Counted from the first letter of the stretch, positions 37,967 through 48,002 are shown. The stretch is DNA of 64,000 nucleotides from Candidatus Saccharimonadota bacterium (GCA_019352195.1 JACAFG010000004.1:21024-85023), one strand, 5' to 3'. Made by a program: numbers and translations. Notes: a model not told the origin generated them from the sequence alone.

Positions 37967-38055
37967 ACCGCGCGTTTGCGCCTGTCTGGCCCTATCTGTT
38001 ACGGTGATCGCGCGCGGAATCCTCCACGCATTCACCAGACCTCGTTAGGACGGCC

Positions 38056-38640
38056 ATGACAAAAGACTCGGCAATTGCCGCCCGAGGCCTACGCCTGCCC
38101 CGCGCCACCTGCCCAATATGTGGCAAGCAGCATGCGCTCCGGCGCGACGGGCGATTGCGCCGTCACCATGCCAGCCAAATTTGCAGTTTTGTCGCTGGCG
38201 AGCATGATCATGACCGTTGTATCAGCCAACTTGGACCAAGCGTGGTCGCTGGTACCATCGACATGAGCTGGCCCGACTGCCCCGGTTCACTCCAAGTCTA
38301 CGATGCTCATAATCCCACTTGGGTGGTACAAGTGATGCGGCCGAATAGCACCTACCAGCTGCATTATGGCTACCCAAGCCAGACCCCGCTCACCCCGCGG
38401 CCCGGAGTCTGGCTGTTGGCCGTCTCGCCAATGGTTCAGGTAGGCCTCGTAGCCCAATACACCGACCAACAAGTAGGCGATTCTCTCACGTGGCGACTGG
38501 TCTGTGATTGGAACCGTAACCAGCCGGACGGCAAAGTTATCGGCGCACTGCGCTGTGACCACGATCCACCGCGAGTAGGTGATGATCACATCGATTGTTG
38601 GGAGTGCCTTAAGTGGGCCAGTCCTAGGCCATATCCCTGA
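38056..38640 (+). CDS. Hypothetical Cys/His-rich protein with an N-terminal zinc-ribbon-like motif.
   Basis: CPICGKQH ... HH ... C ... HDHDRC; GC-rich relative to neighbouring genes. Confidence 0.4.
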   Translation: MTKDSAIAARGLRLPRATCPICGKQHALRRDGRLRRHHASQICSFVAGEHDHDRCISQLGPSVVAGTIDMSWPDCPGSLQVYDAHNPTWVVQVMRPNSTYQLHYGYPSQTPLTPRPGVWLLAVSPMVQVGLVAQYTDQQVGDSLTWRLVCDWNRNQPDGKVIGALRCDHDPPRVGDDHIDCWECLKWASPRPYP

Positions 38641-38695
38641 CATCAAAAATACTCGGACCGGCTTTGGCTGGTCCGAGTATTCTTGGTAATACGAC

Positions 38696-39031
38696 TTAAG
38701 CTACGGTGCTGGCAGGAACAATAGCTGCATCTTCGATGTCGAGCTCAATACCATTGGCACTATGCAGGAACAAGTTGGTGACGAGGGCCAATACGGCGCC
38801 GTACAACCAACCGAGCAAGAAGGCGAGCATGGGGTAAATAACGATTGCCAATACCCACAAACCAAGGGTCGAGCCCAGTTTATCCCACATGTTCCAGTGG
38901 CTGCTCAAAATGGCGACACTACCGGCAATTCCCGAAAATACGCCCTCAACAACCGCCAGCAAAGCTGCCGCCACACCAATGTATTTTGCGAACGATCCCA
39001 CTCCGATCTTACGAATCAAAATCTTCTTCAT
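38696..39031 (-). CDS. Small membrane protein, hypothetical.
   Basis: 111 aa, three hydrophobic segments. Confidence 0.45.
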   Translation of the reverse strand: MKKILIRKIGVGSFAKYIGVAAALLAVVEGVFSGIAGSVAILSSHWNMWDKLGSTLGLWVLAIVIYPMLAFLLGWLYGAVLALVTNLFLHSANGIELDIEDAAIVPASTVA

Positions 39032-39184
39032 CCTAGGCTCCCATATTTATATTTCAATCATACATCACGGCCTGTGGAAAAGTCTAAATAATCGCTTAGT
39101 AAGGCCCAAATTTCTTACGCTAGCTTGTAGCTACAAAGAAGTCCGGGACAAGCAACCGCTCGTCCCGGGCAACCTCCTTAATGA

Positions 39185-39736
39185 TCAAGCACCCGTTGGG
39201 TGCAAGCGAGCGAGTCCCACATACGCATCCGCGGCACCGTATGCTACCAGCAAGCTGCCATCGCTCATGGGCACAATCCCGGTGGGAATAACCACATTTG
39301 GCACTGTGCCGCTGCGTTCCTGACTGAGCTCAGGGACGCAGCGCCTGCTTTGAACGCGCTATGACACGGTGAGGCTGCTGTCTGTCGAGCAGCATTAGCC
39401 CGGCCCCATACTGCAAACCGCCGTTGTCCTGCCGATGAACACCGTGATGAATCATCAGCCAGCCTTCGGGGATAAGCATTGGCGGCGTGGCGGCACCAAT
39501 TTTTCCGCCTCCTACGGGTGCTGCAGCGCTGTCTGAATTACTGCCTGATCCAACTGCTCAGTCGTAATACCATCAAAGATTGTAAGGCTCACTTCGGTGG
39601 CTACCTACACAACTTTTCCGATCTGATCAGTTAAGCCCCGGCTCGCCCGCTCCAGCGCCCGATTTATTTTCTTGGTATCGAACGCTTCGTGTGTGCCGTC
39701 ACGTTTGGTGACCGAAAGTGATATGTTTACCCCCAT
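39185..39736 (-). pseudogene. Degraded gene remnants: an ATP-cone domain with an internal TAG, fused upstream of a GH130-like C-terminal fragment that carries a frameshift.
   Basis: Minus-strand translation MGVNISLSVTKRDGTHEAFDTKKINRALERA ... VV*VATEVSLTIFDGITTEQLDQAVIQTALQHP* (ATP-cone; the TAG stops are at 39605-39607 and 39512-39514); then GKIGAATPPMLIPEGWLMIHHGV ... and TVPNVVIPTGIVPMSDGSLLVAYGAADAYVGLA (GH130/DUF377-like C-terminus) with a frame change near 39330; no intact ORF longer than 60 aa. Confidence 0.55.
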
Positions 39737-39966
39737 ATTTTTTAGTGTTTAATGCGTTTCGAGATACGCTATATGCATTACCATAAGTATTATTACGCCA
39801 CCCATAGCGTGGGTCAATAACATTTTCACGCTATTTATCCACATGCCCACCTGGCTTGGTAAAGCTTTAAAAAGCTCCCACTAGCCTCAATATAAAATGA
39901 ACAAAAACCATACAAAAATCTTTCATTTCTGGCCATTTCTGGTTAATATGCCGTATACTAGGCCAT

Positions 39967-40536
39967 ATGAAAAATAACGAACAAGTTGTTGTTGCCGGCA
40001 AGATTGGCGCTGTAGTCCATATCACCCAGCCCGATGGCCGTGTCTTCGAACAGTATCGCCGTCCGCCCGGAACACGGCTTATTATTGTGTCGCCGGAAGG
40101 CAAAATCTTGATTACCCGTGAACACCGTCACGAAACCGGCGGCATCGATTTGCGTCTGCCGGGCGGCAAGGTTTGTGATACCTACGAGCAATATCAAGCA
40201 CTCCTTGCGAGCGATGAATCCGTGGCCGTAGCAGCAATGGCTGGAGCTATAAAAGAGGGCAGAGAAGAAACTGGCCTCGTTATTAATTACCCTGAACTGA
40301 TTACCGTCGCCAAAGCTGGAGCAACCGTTGACTGGGATTTGTACTACTACCTAGTACGCCAATGCAATGAATTGGCCGGTGGTCAACAACTCGAGCACGG
40401 CGAAAACATCGAAGTCACCTGGATGACAGTCACTGCCCTTCGTGAAGCGATAACAAGGGGCGAGATGGCCGAATGGCGCAGTGTCGGCGTGCTTTTGGGG
40501 CTCGTTTTACCAGCGCTTGCAGGCCCAACTGTTTAA
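39967..40536 (+). CDS. Nudix hydrolase.
   Basis: Nudix box GGKVCDTYEQYQALLASDESVAVAAMAGAIKEGREETGL. Confidence 0.8.
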   Translation: MKNNEQVVVAGKIGAVVHITQPDGRVFEQYRRPPGTRLIIVSPEGKILITREHRHETGGIDLRLPGGKVCDTYEQYQALLASDESVAVAAMAGAIKEGREETGLVINYPELITVAKAGATVDWDLYYYLVRQCNELAGGQQLEHGENIEVTWMTVTALREAITRGEMAEWRSVGVLLGLVLPALAGPTV

Positions 40537-40596
40537 GCACGAGGGTTCACGACGCCAAGCCGCTTATGCTATGGTGCAAGCACGATCCATCACCCA

Positions 40597-40830
40597 TTGA
40601 CACTCCCTCCACGTCGAAAGGCTACAGCGATGACCGCCCCAACCGCATCCGATATCGCCGAAACCGCCTTACCAAGGTGGCACCGGTTTATGGCAGAGCC
40701 AGGCGTACAAGCGCTTATTGCTCCGTTTGGTCCTCGACCCAGCGCCATCGGCATCAAGGTGGCTGATTTAGCCTTGCTACAAACCGGATTACCAGGTTAC
40801 TCGTACCAGCGTCTCAACACGAGTTGGTAA
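40597..40830 (+). CDS. Hypothetical small protein.
   Basis: ORF only; no recognisable motif. Confidence 0.3.
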   Translation: MTLPPRRKATAMTAPTASDIAETALPRWHRFMAEPGVQALIAPFGPRPSAIGIKVADLALLQTGLPGYSYQRLNTSW

Positions 40831-40840
40831 CCAGGTTAAA

Positions 40841-41164
40841 TTACACCTGCATTACGCTATCGCCCGACCCGGTACGATCGAGACCTTTGACGAATTTCAC
40901 GACATCACCATGTTTACACACAAGGAATACGTAGGCGCCTTCACCGCCGCCGGGCTCGTAACGCATTTTATGCCCACGGGCATCAATCCGAACGGCCGCG
41001 GCATATTCATTGGCACCGATGAGAACGTCTATATGAATTGGGAACACGACCCCGACCAGCGTTAACCCGCCCCAACAAGTGGTGAAGTACCTATAGTTCA
41101 GTCCGTTTCCACCTGTTCCGGAGGACGATCCTGGCATCCAGGATCGTCCTCCGGACCTAACCAC
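40841..41164 (-). CDS. Hypothetical protein. The true start is probably internal (downstream of the 41111-41147 palindrome).
   Basis: The C-terminal 70 aa look protein-like (VFPIHIDVLIGANEY ... YVFLVCKHGDVVKF); the N-terminal part is encoded by the palindrome itself. Confidence 0.3.
   Translation of the reverse strand: MVRSGGRSWMPGSSSGTGGNGLNYRYFTTCWGGLTLVGVVFPIHIDVLIGANEYAAAVRIDARGHKMRYEPGGGEGAYVFLVCKHGDVVKFVKGLDRTGSGDSVMQV
41111..41147. repeat. 37-bp perfect palindrome CCGGAGGACGATCCTGG-CAT-CCAGGATCGTCCTCCGG.
   Basis: Read directly; 17-bp arms with a 3-nt spacer; located in the divergent region between the 40841 minus-strand ORF and the DUF2087 gene. Confidence 0.7.
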
Positions 41165-41338
41165 AGATCTTCTGTCATTCGCCTAGCTTACCTACAACCT
41201 AGACTATTGGAGCGCTTACAAAGCCTCAAAAAGTCCCAACTTATGTAACCAAATCTAAGCCAGGCGACTGACAGCAGATCTCACAGTTTCAAACTCAATT
41301 CGTCAAACGGCCTCAGGGGTCGCTACAATAGGATCAAC

Positions 41339-41656
41339 ATGAACGCCTTACCCAACAACTTAAACCGCTTCATGGACGACGATGGTCGCATTAACGCTTG
41401 GCCCGGTAAGCGCGCCAAGCAAATGGCCATTCTCGATTATCTTGTGACTAATTTTGAACGCGATCGCGCCTACAGCGAAGCCGAGATCAACGAAACGCTC
41501 AAGCAATGGCATACTTTTGGCGACTGGTCGTTGCTGCGCCGGGAGCTCGTCGACAGTAATCGGCTCGTGCGCGATGACTACGGGCATCAGTACCAAGTCG
41601 GCCCAGCTGCGCCTGAAACTACCACCGATGAGGGTAGCGAAAACACTATCGGCTAG
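41339..41656 (+). CDS. DUF2087 domain protein.
   Basis: YSEAEINETLKQWHTFGDWSLLRRELVDSNRLVRDDYGHQY matches the DUF2087 core. Confidence 0.6.
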   Translation: MNALPNNLNRFMDDDGRINAWPGKRAKQMAILDYLVTNFERDRAYSEAEINETLKQWHTFGDWSLLRRELVDSNRLVRDDYGHQYQVGPAAPETTTDEGSENTIG

Positions 41657-41693
41657 CTAAAAACACCTGGCATTATCGCCGTAATCCGTTATC

Positions 41694-42290
41694 ATGGGCT
41701 ACCAGATGCAACCAACCAACGCTTACCCAATTATCAACCGCCTCATCTCACCCGAGCTGCGGCTCGCACAGTTTCGGCCCAACCAGGCCCAAGCATTGTT
41801 TGATCTGGTTGATGCCAACCGCGAACGTTTGCGGCGCCGTCTTACCTGGGTCGACCGTCAGCGCAATTTGGCCCATACCAAGGATTTTATTATGGACATT
41901 ACCAGGCTGCAGCACGACAATGGCGCCCCAACTGCTGGCATTTGGGCTGGCCCCAAACTTCTTGGCGTGGTGAGCCTCCACGAGATTATCTGGCCGACCA
42001 AAAGTGCCACCTTGGGCTTTTGGGTCGATGCCGAGATTAAACGGCAGGGAATTGCTACCAAAGCCGTCGGCGGACTACGGGATTTTGCCTTTCGTGAGCT
42101 GGGCTTAAACCGCGTCGAAATAGTAAGTTCACCAGATAATCTAGCGGCCGCGGCTATTGCAACCAAACTTGGTTTTACGCCGCAACAATATTCCACCACC
42201 GTAGTTTGGCCCCATGATCCCAAAGGCGCCAAACTCGTCTTTGGTCAAGCTGTCGCCGATGCGCCCAAACCAAAGTCTAAGTCGCGCTAG
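41694..42290 (+). CDS. GNAT family N-acetyltransferase (RimJ/RimL-like).
   Basis: Acetyltransf_3-like core GFWVDAEIKRQGIATKAVGGLRDFAFRELGLNRVEI. Confidence 0.75.
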   Translation: MGYQMQPTNAYPIINRLISPELRLAQFRPNQAQALFDLVDANRERLRRRLTWVDRQRNLAHTKDFIMDITRLQHDNGAPTAGIWAGPKLLGVVSLHEIIWPTKSATLGFWVDAEIKRQGIATKAVGGLRDFAFRELGLNRVEIVSSPDNLAAAAIATKLGFTPQQYSTTVVWPHDPKGAKLVFGQAVADAPKPKSKSR

Positions 42291-42355
42291 CCAAAACTTA
42301 CTTGCGGCGCCAATTTAAAACGGTTACGCTTACAGAAGAACAAAGGTGATTACCC

Positions 42356-44104
42356 ATGGCTAAATCCGACTCGGACGCCGGCACTCCCGCCGATGAAACA
42401 GCTAAACCAACGAGCGAGCTCGCCGAAACCAACGACGCTCCCAACAGTGACGCGCCAGCTGGACCAACGTTGTCGGAGGCGCTCGTAACATCTGGGGCTC
42501 ATGAGCCGTGGCCTAAGCGTCTGTGGCACTCACTCACCGGTACCAAGAAGCGTCTAGCCTGGTCGATTTTCGGCCTTATCGTAATTATTGCCGCTATTGT
42601 TGGTCTCACGCCGCTTAAATACACTATATTTGGGACATTTATTAAGTCGACTATCGATGTTAGGGTGAGTGACGCCTCAACGCATCAGTTGTTGCCCGGA
42701 GCTGACGTAAAAGTCGCCGGCGTAACCGTTACCACCGACAAAGTTGGCGTGGCCCACTTTACCGGCCTGCAGCCCGGAGCCACCACGATTGAGGTGGCTA
42801 AGCCTGCCTACGAAACAACCAATGAGGCCTATACCCTCGGCTTTGCCGATGCTGGCACTAAGGATATTAGTCTTAAGTCGACCGGCATCAAGCTTACCTT
42901 CGTCTTTACCAACTATGTTACGGGACAGCCAGTTGCTGCTGCCCGCGTGCAAATTGGTGATGCCGACGCGGTTGCTGACAGTAAAGGTACTGTGACAGCC
43001 AGTTTACCCCCGTCCAATGACGGTCAAACTATTACTGCTAACGTTACTACGGATGGTTTCAATACGCTCAGTGTCCCGGTAGCGGTCAAAGTAGGTGCGC
43101 CCACCATCGCAGCCAAACTGGTACCGTCAGGCCAAGTCTACTTCTTGTCGAACCGCTCGGGTAAGGTAGATCTCTACGGCGCCAACCTCGACGGCAGTAA
43201 TGCAACCGTGCTGCTTGCTGGCACGGGTAACGAGGATCAATCTACCGGCATTTTACCCAACGTCTACGACCAATCGGTAGTGGCACTCGTTTCGAGTCGT
43301 GCCGGCAAACGGCTTGATAGCCAGCCGCAGGAAGATTTGTATCTGTTTCACCCCGCCACCAGTCAATTAGCCCTTATTGATAGCAACATTCGATTTAGTA
43401 ACTTCCGCACGTGGCTTGGCAAGTCGCTCGTGTATCAAAAATATTCGGATAATAACAGCGCCAGTATTCAGTCCTACGATACTACCACCGGCAAAAATAC
43501 TACCATTGTTACCTGTACCGGCGACGGCGCGTGCCCACAGGCGCTTTACGCCACCGATAGCTTGTTTGTTTACTCGCTGGCGGGTGCGCCCATGGGCTCG
43601 ACCTCCAATGGGGTCTTCGCGGTCAAGACGGGCACCACCAGCTCAAAAAGCATCTCATCGGTGCCAGCCGCCAGCTCGTATCGTCAAACCAAAGACGCGC
43701 TCATCCTAAATTACTACGATTATAACAACGCCTATCCCAATGGCACCTGGCAGAGTTTGAACTTCGCCACCGTTAAGGTGAGTACGCTCAACCCCGGCCC
43801 CAGCAACACTGCGACACGCACCTATATTGACTCGCCCGGCGACAAACTATCAGCTTCAATTGATGCCCGTGACGGACAGTCCGACCTCTATGTCGCCAAC
43901 CTCGATGGAACCAACGAACGTCAGCTGACGACAACGGGCGATGTTACCCAGTTTGTGCAGTGGTTTAACGACGACTATATCGTCTATTCGGCAGCCAACC
44001 AGCTGTTTGTGGTGGGTGTAGCTGGTGGCAAACCACAAAAGATTACTAATTTCTACTCTGGCATCGTTAATACATATAGCGGCGGTTACAACCCCGGGTA
44101 CTAA
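42356..44104 (+). CDS. Membrane-anchored protein with carboxypeptidase-regulatory-like beta domains and TolB/PD40-like beta-propeller repeats.
   Basis: N-terminal acidic region, one TM helix, repeated DLYGANLDGSN / DLYVANLDGTNERQLT PD40-like motifs. Confidence 0.55.
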   Translation: MAKSDSDAGTPADETAKPTSELAETNDAPNSDAPAGPTLSEALVTSGAHEPWPKRLWHSLTGTKKRLAWSIFGLIVIIAAIVGLTPLKYTIFGTFIKSTIDVRVSDASTHQLLPGADVKVAGVTVTTDKVGVAHFTGLQPGATTIEVAKPAYETTNEAYTLGFADAGTKDISLKSTGIKLTFVFTNYVTGQPVAAARVQIGDADAVADSKGTVTASLPPSNDGQTITANVTTDGFNTLSVPVAVKVGAPTIAAKLVPSGQVYFLSNRSGKVDLYGANLDGSNATVLLAGTGNEDQSTGILPNVYDQSVVALVSSRAGKRLDSQPQEDLYLFHPATSQLALIDSNIRFSNFRTWLGKSLVYQKYSDNNSASIQSYDTTTGKNTTIVTCTGDGACPQALYATDSLFVYSLAGAPMGSTSNGVFAVKTGTTSSKSISSVPAASSYRQTKDALILNYYDYNNAYPNGTWQSLNFATVKVSTLNPGPSNTATRTYIDSPGDKLSASIDARDGQSDLYVANLDGTNERQLTTTGDVTQFVQWFNDDYIVYSAANQLFVVGVAGGKPQKITNFYSGIVNTYSGGYNPGY

Positions 44105-44117
44105 GTGAAACGAAGCA

Positions 44118-44144
44118 GGGCCCGGATCCACTGGATCCGGGCCC
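44118..44144. terminator. Perfect palindromic hairpin GGGCCCGGATCC-ACT-GGATCCGGGCCC between convergent genes (bidirectional terminator).
   Basis: Read directly from the sequence. Confidence 0.6.
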
Positions 44145-44157
44145 TTATGCTTCCAGG

Positions 44158-45711
44158 CTAGTGCGAGGGAGCAGTTGATGAGGTCGTTACGGCCGTTGTT
44201 GAAGCGGGGTGCGCTGCACCGGCGGCAATATCGGGCGTGGACTTAGACAAACCCTTGGCAATATCGCGCCAGTTGGGCACCGCGGCCAAATCGGTAGCGG
44301 CAATCCATAGGGCCCCCAACTGATTGGGGTGAAATGCGCCCGACCCGCTGTTAACATCCTGCACGTAGGGCAGTTTGTCGCACAGCGCATTACCCGAAAA
44401 ATCTGGGTTAGCCACGATAAAACCGTGATTCTGGGCGCCGTCGGCCAGTACGGTGTTGAGCTCACTACGCACGCCCAACAAGAAGTCAATATTAGCTCTG
44501 GACAGCTGATATTTTTGGCCGTTAACGTGCGCCACGATGCCGGGGCACGCAACGGACGGGTCAAACGGGTTGTACATGGTGTTAACAACCACCGCCACCT
44601 CGTGATCGAGCTTGTCCAACTGGATTTTGAGGCGGTCCAGAAATTGCCGGTACTCATCGCGAAAGGCGGTGAGCTCCGACTCAAATTGTGGCCTCACGAG
44701 CGGCTCGCAATTGGCCACCATAAAACACTTAATGATTTGTGAGCCCCATTCGACGTCGTCGGCCCCAATGCTCAGGAATACGAACTTCACATTGGGAAGG
44801 GACTCTATCAGGCTCAGCTGCGGATACTGCAGTAACTCCATGCTGGGGTGACCCCGCTGGTCACCCAACATGCCCTCGTGGATTGTGGCACTGCTGCAGG
44901 CAATGTTCTCAACCCCAAACCCTGGCAGCACCGACTGAATGGTCTTTTGGATGGCAGTGGCCGGAGCTTCCGGGCTGCGGCCACACATGGAGGTGAGATG
45001 GTCGGGATTCAAACCGAAATTGAGGCCTTTGCCCGCCAACACCGAATCACCGGCCGTAACCGCATCCACAGTGGTGTCGGGGGCAATTTTGACGTCCGGC
45101 GCTGTTTCGGCGGTGGGGTTGCCATAAAGCTCACTGAGGCTGTTGGCCTTCGTGAACGAAGAGATCCCCGTGATAGCCAGCAGACCTACGCCCAGCAGCA
45201 AGACAGCCAAGGCACTGATAGTGAGACGACGGGCCGTCCGGATCGCCCGGCGAAGGCTGTTGTGGTAGAGCGCTGATTCGATGAGCGTGGCAGCGAAGAT
45301 GCCGAACAAAATGACGGCCGACACATTCAACAAATCCCGAACCAAGCCACTTACAATCGCATGGGCTTCACTGCCGTTAGGCGGGGTAAAGGCGGCTGTG
45401 CCACCGTAGGTCAACCGCGGCTCCAAAAAGCCCCACAACCGGGGACCAATTTGAGCATCTGTACCATACAGGGTGCTTATGGCATGGCCAGCCCATGGCC
45501 AGGTCGGAGCAGCGGTGCTAATGATCATTGGCTGACCAAAAGCGATGATCGTTTGTCCTGGCCAGTACGCTAGCACCAGATAAAACGACAAGCCGAAGAT
45601 GATTATCAAACTGATGTAGTGGAGCCAAGTCACGTATCGCGGACGGACCGGTGCGCTGGGCATCGATTCCTGGTCGGAAGTGGGGGGGGAGGGTAGTGCG
45701 GTGTGAGCCAT
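44158..45711 (-). CDS. SGNH/GDSL-family hydrolase with an N-terminal multi-TM domain.
   Basis: GDSL-like block VFLSIGADDVEWG and C-terminal GAFHPNQLG (the DxxH-type block) in a 517-aa membrane protein. Confidence 0.65.
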   Translation of the reverse strand: MAHTALPSPPTSDQESMPSAPVRPRYVTWLHYISLIIIFGLSFYLVLAYWPGQTIIAFGQPMIISTAAPTWPWAGHAISTLYGTDAQIGPRLWGFLEPRLTYGGTAAFTPPNGSEAHAIVSGLVRDLLNVSAVILFGIFAATLIESALYHNSLRRAIRTARRLTISALAVLLLGVGLLAITGISSFTKANSLSELYGNPTAETAPDVKIAPDTTVDAVTAGDSVLAGKGLNFGLNPDHLTSMCGRSPEAPATAIQKTIQSVLPGFGVENIACSSATIHEGMLGDQRGHPSMELLQYPQLSLIESLPNVKFVFLSIGADDVEWGSQIIKCFMVANCEPLVRPQFESELTAFRDEYRQFLDRLKIQLDKLDHEVAVVVNTMYNPFDPSVACPGIVAHVNGQKYQLSRANIDFLLGVRSELNTVLADGAQNHGFIVANPDFSGNALCDKLPYVQDVNSGSGAFHPNQLGALWIAATDLAAVPNWRDIAKGLSKSTPDIAAGAAHPASTTAVTTSSTAPSH

Positions 45712-45902
45712 GGCCGGCTCCTTTCAGTCTGGACGGGAAAAGAGAAATTGAATGTCTAAGGGCGCCGGGCGCGAGTAGTGCAAAGTGTTGCCCGTGCGGG
45801 ATGGTTTAATCTAACACCTCATAAGGCTATATGGCAATGATAATTGGACAAGTTCAAGCACAAAGGCTTTACGCCGAGGCCTTACCCCGCTAATCTGAGA
45901 AT

Positions 45903-46430
45903 ATGAAGTACCGCCTGCTTATTGGACTCGCCGCTATTCTGGCAGTCACCGGCATCTATGTCCGCAGCACCAACGCCCATCACGCCGCCACCTTGGCAAC
46001 GGCGCTGGTCGCCAGTGATAATGCCGCCGCCGACACTACCGCTAGCTTGGCTAGCTTAAAGACGTATGTGCACAGCCATACCGGTGCCCACGCGAGCTTT
46101 ACGTTACAAGCCAGTTACAATCGGGTCGTGGCCGAGGCTCAAGCTGCGGCAGCCGCCACCGCTACCAATTCACAAATCTACACCGCGGCGCAGGCAGCTT
46201 GCGGCGGCAAAACCGACTCAATTACTCAGGCCAAGTGTAATGCGCAGTTTTTATCGCAACATTTAGTTAACGTGCCCGCATCAGCCCCCGTCTCGCCCCC
46301 GCTCCTGTCGAACTATCAATACAAGCTGACTTCGCCGTTGTGGACCCCCGACCCCGCCGGGTGGTTGCTGCTGGGCAGTCTGGTAGTCCTGGTGGTAGGC
46401 AGCGTTGGCATAATAAGGAGTAAAAAATGA
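45903..46430 (+). CDS. Hypothetical Ala-rich protein with N- and C-terminal TM helices.
   Basis: ORF with hydrophobic termini. Confidence 0.4.
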   Translation: MKYRLLIGLAAILAVTGIYVRSTNAHHAATLATALVASDNAAADTTASLASLKTYVHSHTGAHASFTLQASYNRVVAEAQAAAAATATNSQIYTAAQAACGGKTDSITQAKCNAQFLSQHLVNVPASAPVSPPLLSNYQYKLTSPLWTPDPAGWLLLGSLVVLVVGSVGIIRSKK

Positions 46431-47032
46431 GCGCCAAGTCAACATTTGCAGGACGATTATTTAAGGTAATAGTGCCCACGCGAGTGCAGGTGCTCGTATC
46501 AATATTCTTGTCGTTGTCTGTACTTATTGCGATCGAGAGTACCACGATATTGCACCGCTTCAGCATCAGTGATGTCGCCGTGCAAGGCTCGCGTGATCAG
46601 CTGCAAAATCGCTTTAGTGACGTTTCAAACTCACTGCTGGCCAGTAACATTGCTTTGGTGGCTTTTTGGTCGGTGGTTGGACTACTGGCATACCTTATCT
46701 GCTGGGCAGGCTATAATTTTTTGGTAGAGGCACGCAATGAAGTAACGCTTGAAACTCAGTACGAAAATCTTGGCAGGCATGGCGGTATAATCCAGACGAT
46801 CGCTGTCAAAGCGGTATCATGCCTGGGTCTCGTGCTCACGATTTTGATGTTTCGCTACGCTTTGGCGCTGGCCGTCGCTCTCGTTTCGCCAGTTATCGCC
46901 GACGTGATTGTAGGTAATATTCTTGCTGCAATTGCCGGCGTATTGGCTTTGGCAATTGCAATTTACCTGATCATAATGTTTATTACGCTAACGTTTTCGG
47001 CTTGGTATCGCCCTGAGGCATTTACAGACTAG
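46427..47032 (+). CDS. Hypothetical polytopic membrane protein.
   Basis: 4 to 5 predicted TM helices; ATGA overlap with the previous gene. Confidence 0.45.
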   Translation: MSAKSTFAGRLFKVIVPTRVQVLVSIFLSLSVLIAIESTTILHRFSISDVAVQGSRDQLQNRFSDVSNSLLASNIALVAFWSVVGLLAYLICWAGYNFLVEARNEVTLETQYENLGRHGGIIQTIAVKAVSCLGLVLTILMFRYALALAVALVSPVIADVIVGNILAAIAGVLALAIAIYLIIMFITLTFSAWYRPEAFTD

Positions 47033-47129
47033 TCGTTACCTGCTATAATGTTAGCGTTAGATCAACTCGTCCGAAAGATGAGAGTCGTCCTGGCCGCAAG
47101 CTTGGCGATAATAAAATTTGGAGCCATTT

Positions 47130-47390
47130 GTGGCCAAGAAACTGTTCATCGGCAATTTGCCGTTCACCACTACTAACGATTCTCTGGGCGAGTTCTTCGC
47201 TCAGTTCGGCGAAGTTGCTTCTGCAGCCGTCGTAATGGACCGCGCAACCGGCCGCTCGAAGGGCTTCGGCTTCGTCGAGTTCGACGACGACGCTGCTGCG
47301 GACGCTGCTATTGCTCAGGACGGCCAAGCCGACCTGGACGGTCGTAAGCTCACCATCAACGAGGCTCGTCCTAAGGTTGATGCTCGCTAA
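47130..47390 (+). CDS. RRM-domain RNA-binding protein (GTG start).
   Basis: RNP-2 KLFIGNL and RNP-1 KGFGFVEF motifs; a GGAG SD 6 nt upstream of the GTG at 47130. Confidence 0.8.
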   Translation: MAKKLFIGNLPFTTTNDSLGEFFAQFGEVASAAVVMDRATGRSKGFGFVEFDDDAAADAAIAQDGQADLDGRKLTINEARPKVDAR

Positions 47391-47414
47391 TTAATCCTCA
47401 CGGATTATCCATTG

Positions 47415-47438
47415 CCCCCGCTTCGGCGGGGGTTTTTG
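47415..47438 (+). terminator. Rho-independent terminator cccccgcttcggcggggg-ttttt.
   Basis: GC stem, UUCG loop, T-tract. Confidence 0.8.
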
Positions 47439-47539
47439 GTAGACAAAAGGTAAACCCAGCGATGCAAGCACGCGGTGCTCATAAGGCATACATGTTCGAT
47501 AATCGTCTAGGAATGTTAACTGCGACGCAATTTATGCCA

Positions 47540-47926
47540 TCAAAATGTCAGACAAAATGACGCGACAAACCAACAAACCTCCACGATGAAACCCGCCATT
47601 AGGCTTGACCCAGCGAGCATAAACCCGGCTTTTATGCGGCGACGCCGAAAAGCTAGGACCGCGGCCATGATATTGCACAGCAGCCCCGAGGCCCCAACAC
47701 CGATGATCCACCAGGTATCGGGGTAATTATTTGGGCAGCCGACGTTGGCCAACTGATAGCTATCGATGTAGTTGCTGCCCAGATATGCCAGAGGAATGCA
47801 CAGCGTAATCAAAACTAGGCCACCCAAAAGGAGTAAGCTCATCCGGCGATTGGGTTTTAAGTTCCGGTAGCTCCAGAAGTTGAGCCCAAAAATCAAGGCA
47901 ACCAACAGTGGAATGCCAAATAACAT
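47540..47926 (-). CDS. Hypothetical membrane protein.
   Basis: 128 aa, 4 TM helices. Confidence 0.4.
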   Translation of the reverse strand: MLFGIPLLVALIFGLNFWSYRNLKPNRRMSLLLLGGLVLITLCIPLAYLGSNYIDSYQLANVGCPNNYPDTWWIIGVGASGLLCNIMAAVLAFRRRRIKAGFMLAGSSLMAGFIVEVCWFVASFCLTF

Positions 47927-47970
47927 GCGATGATATTAGCATAACCGGCATTAAGTATTTCGATTCACAA

Positions 47971-48002
47971 TAAAAAACTCCCGCCGAAGCGGGAGTTTTT
48001 TA
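47971..48002. terminator. Bidirectional rho-independent terminator aaaaaa-ctcccgc-cgaa-gcgggag-tttttt.
   Basis: An A-tract and a T-tract flank a GC hairpin. Confidence 0.75.
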
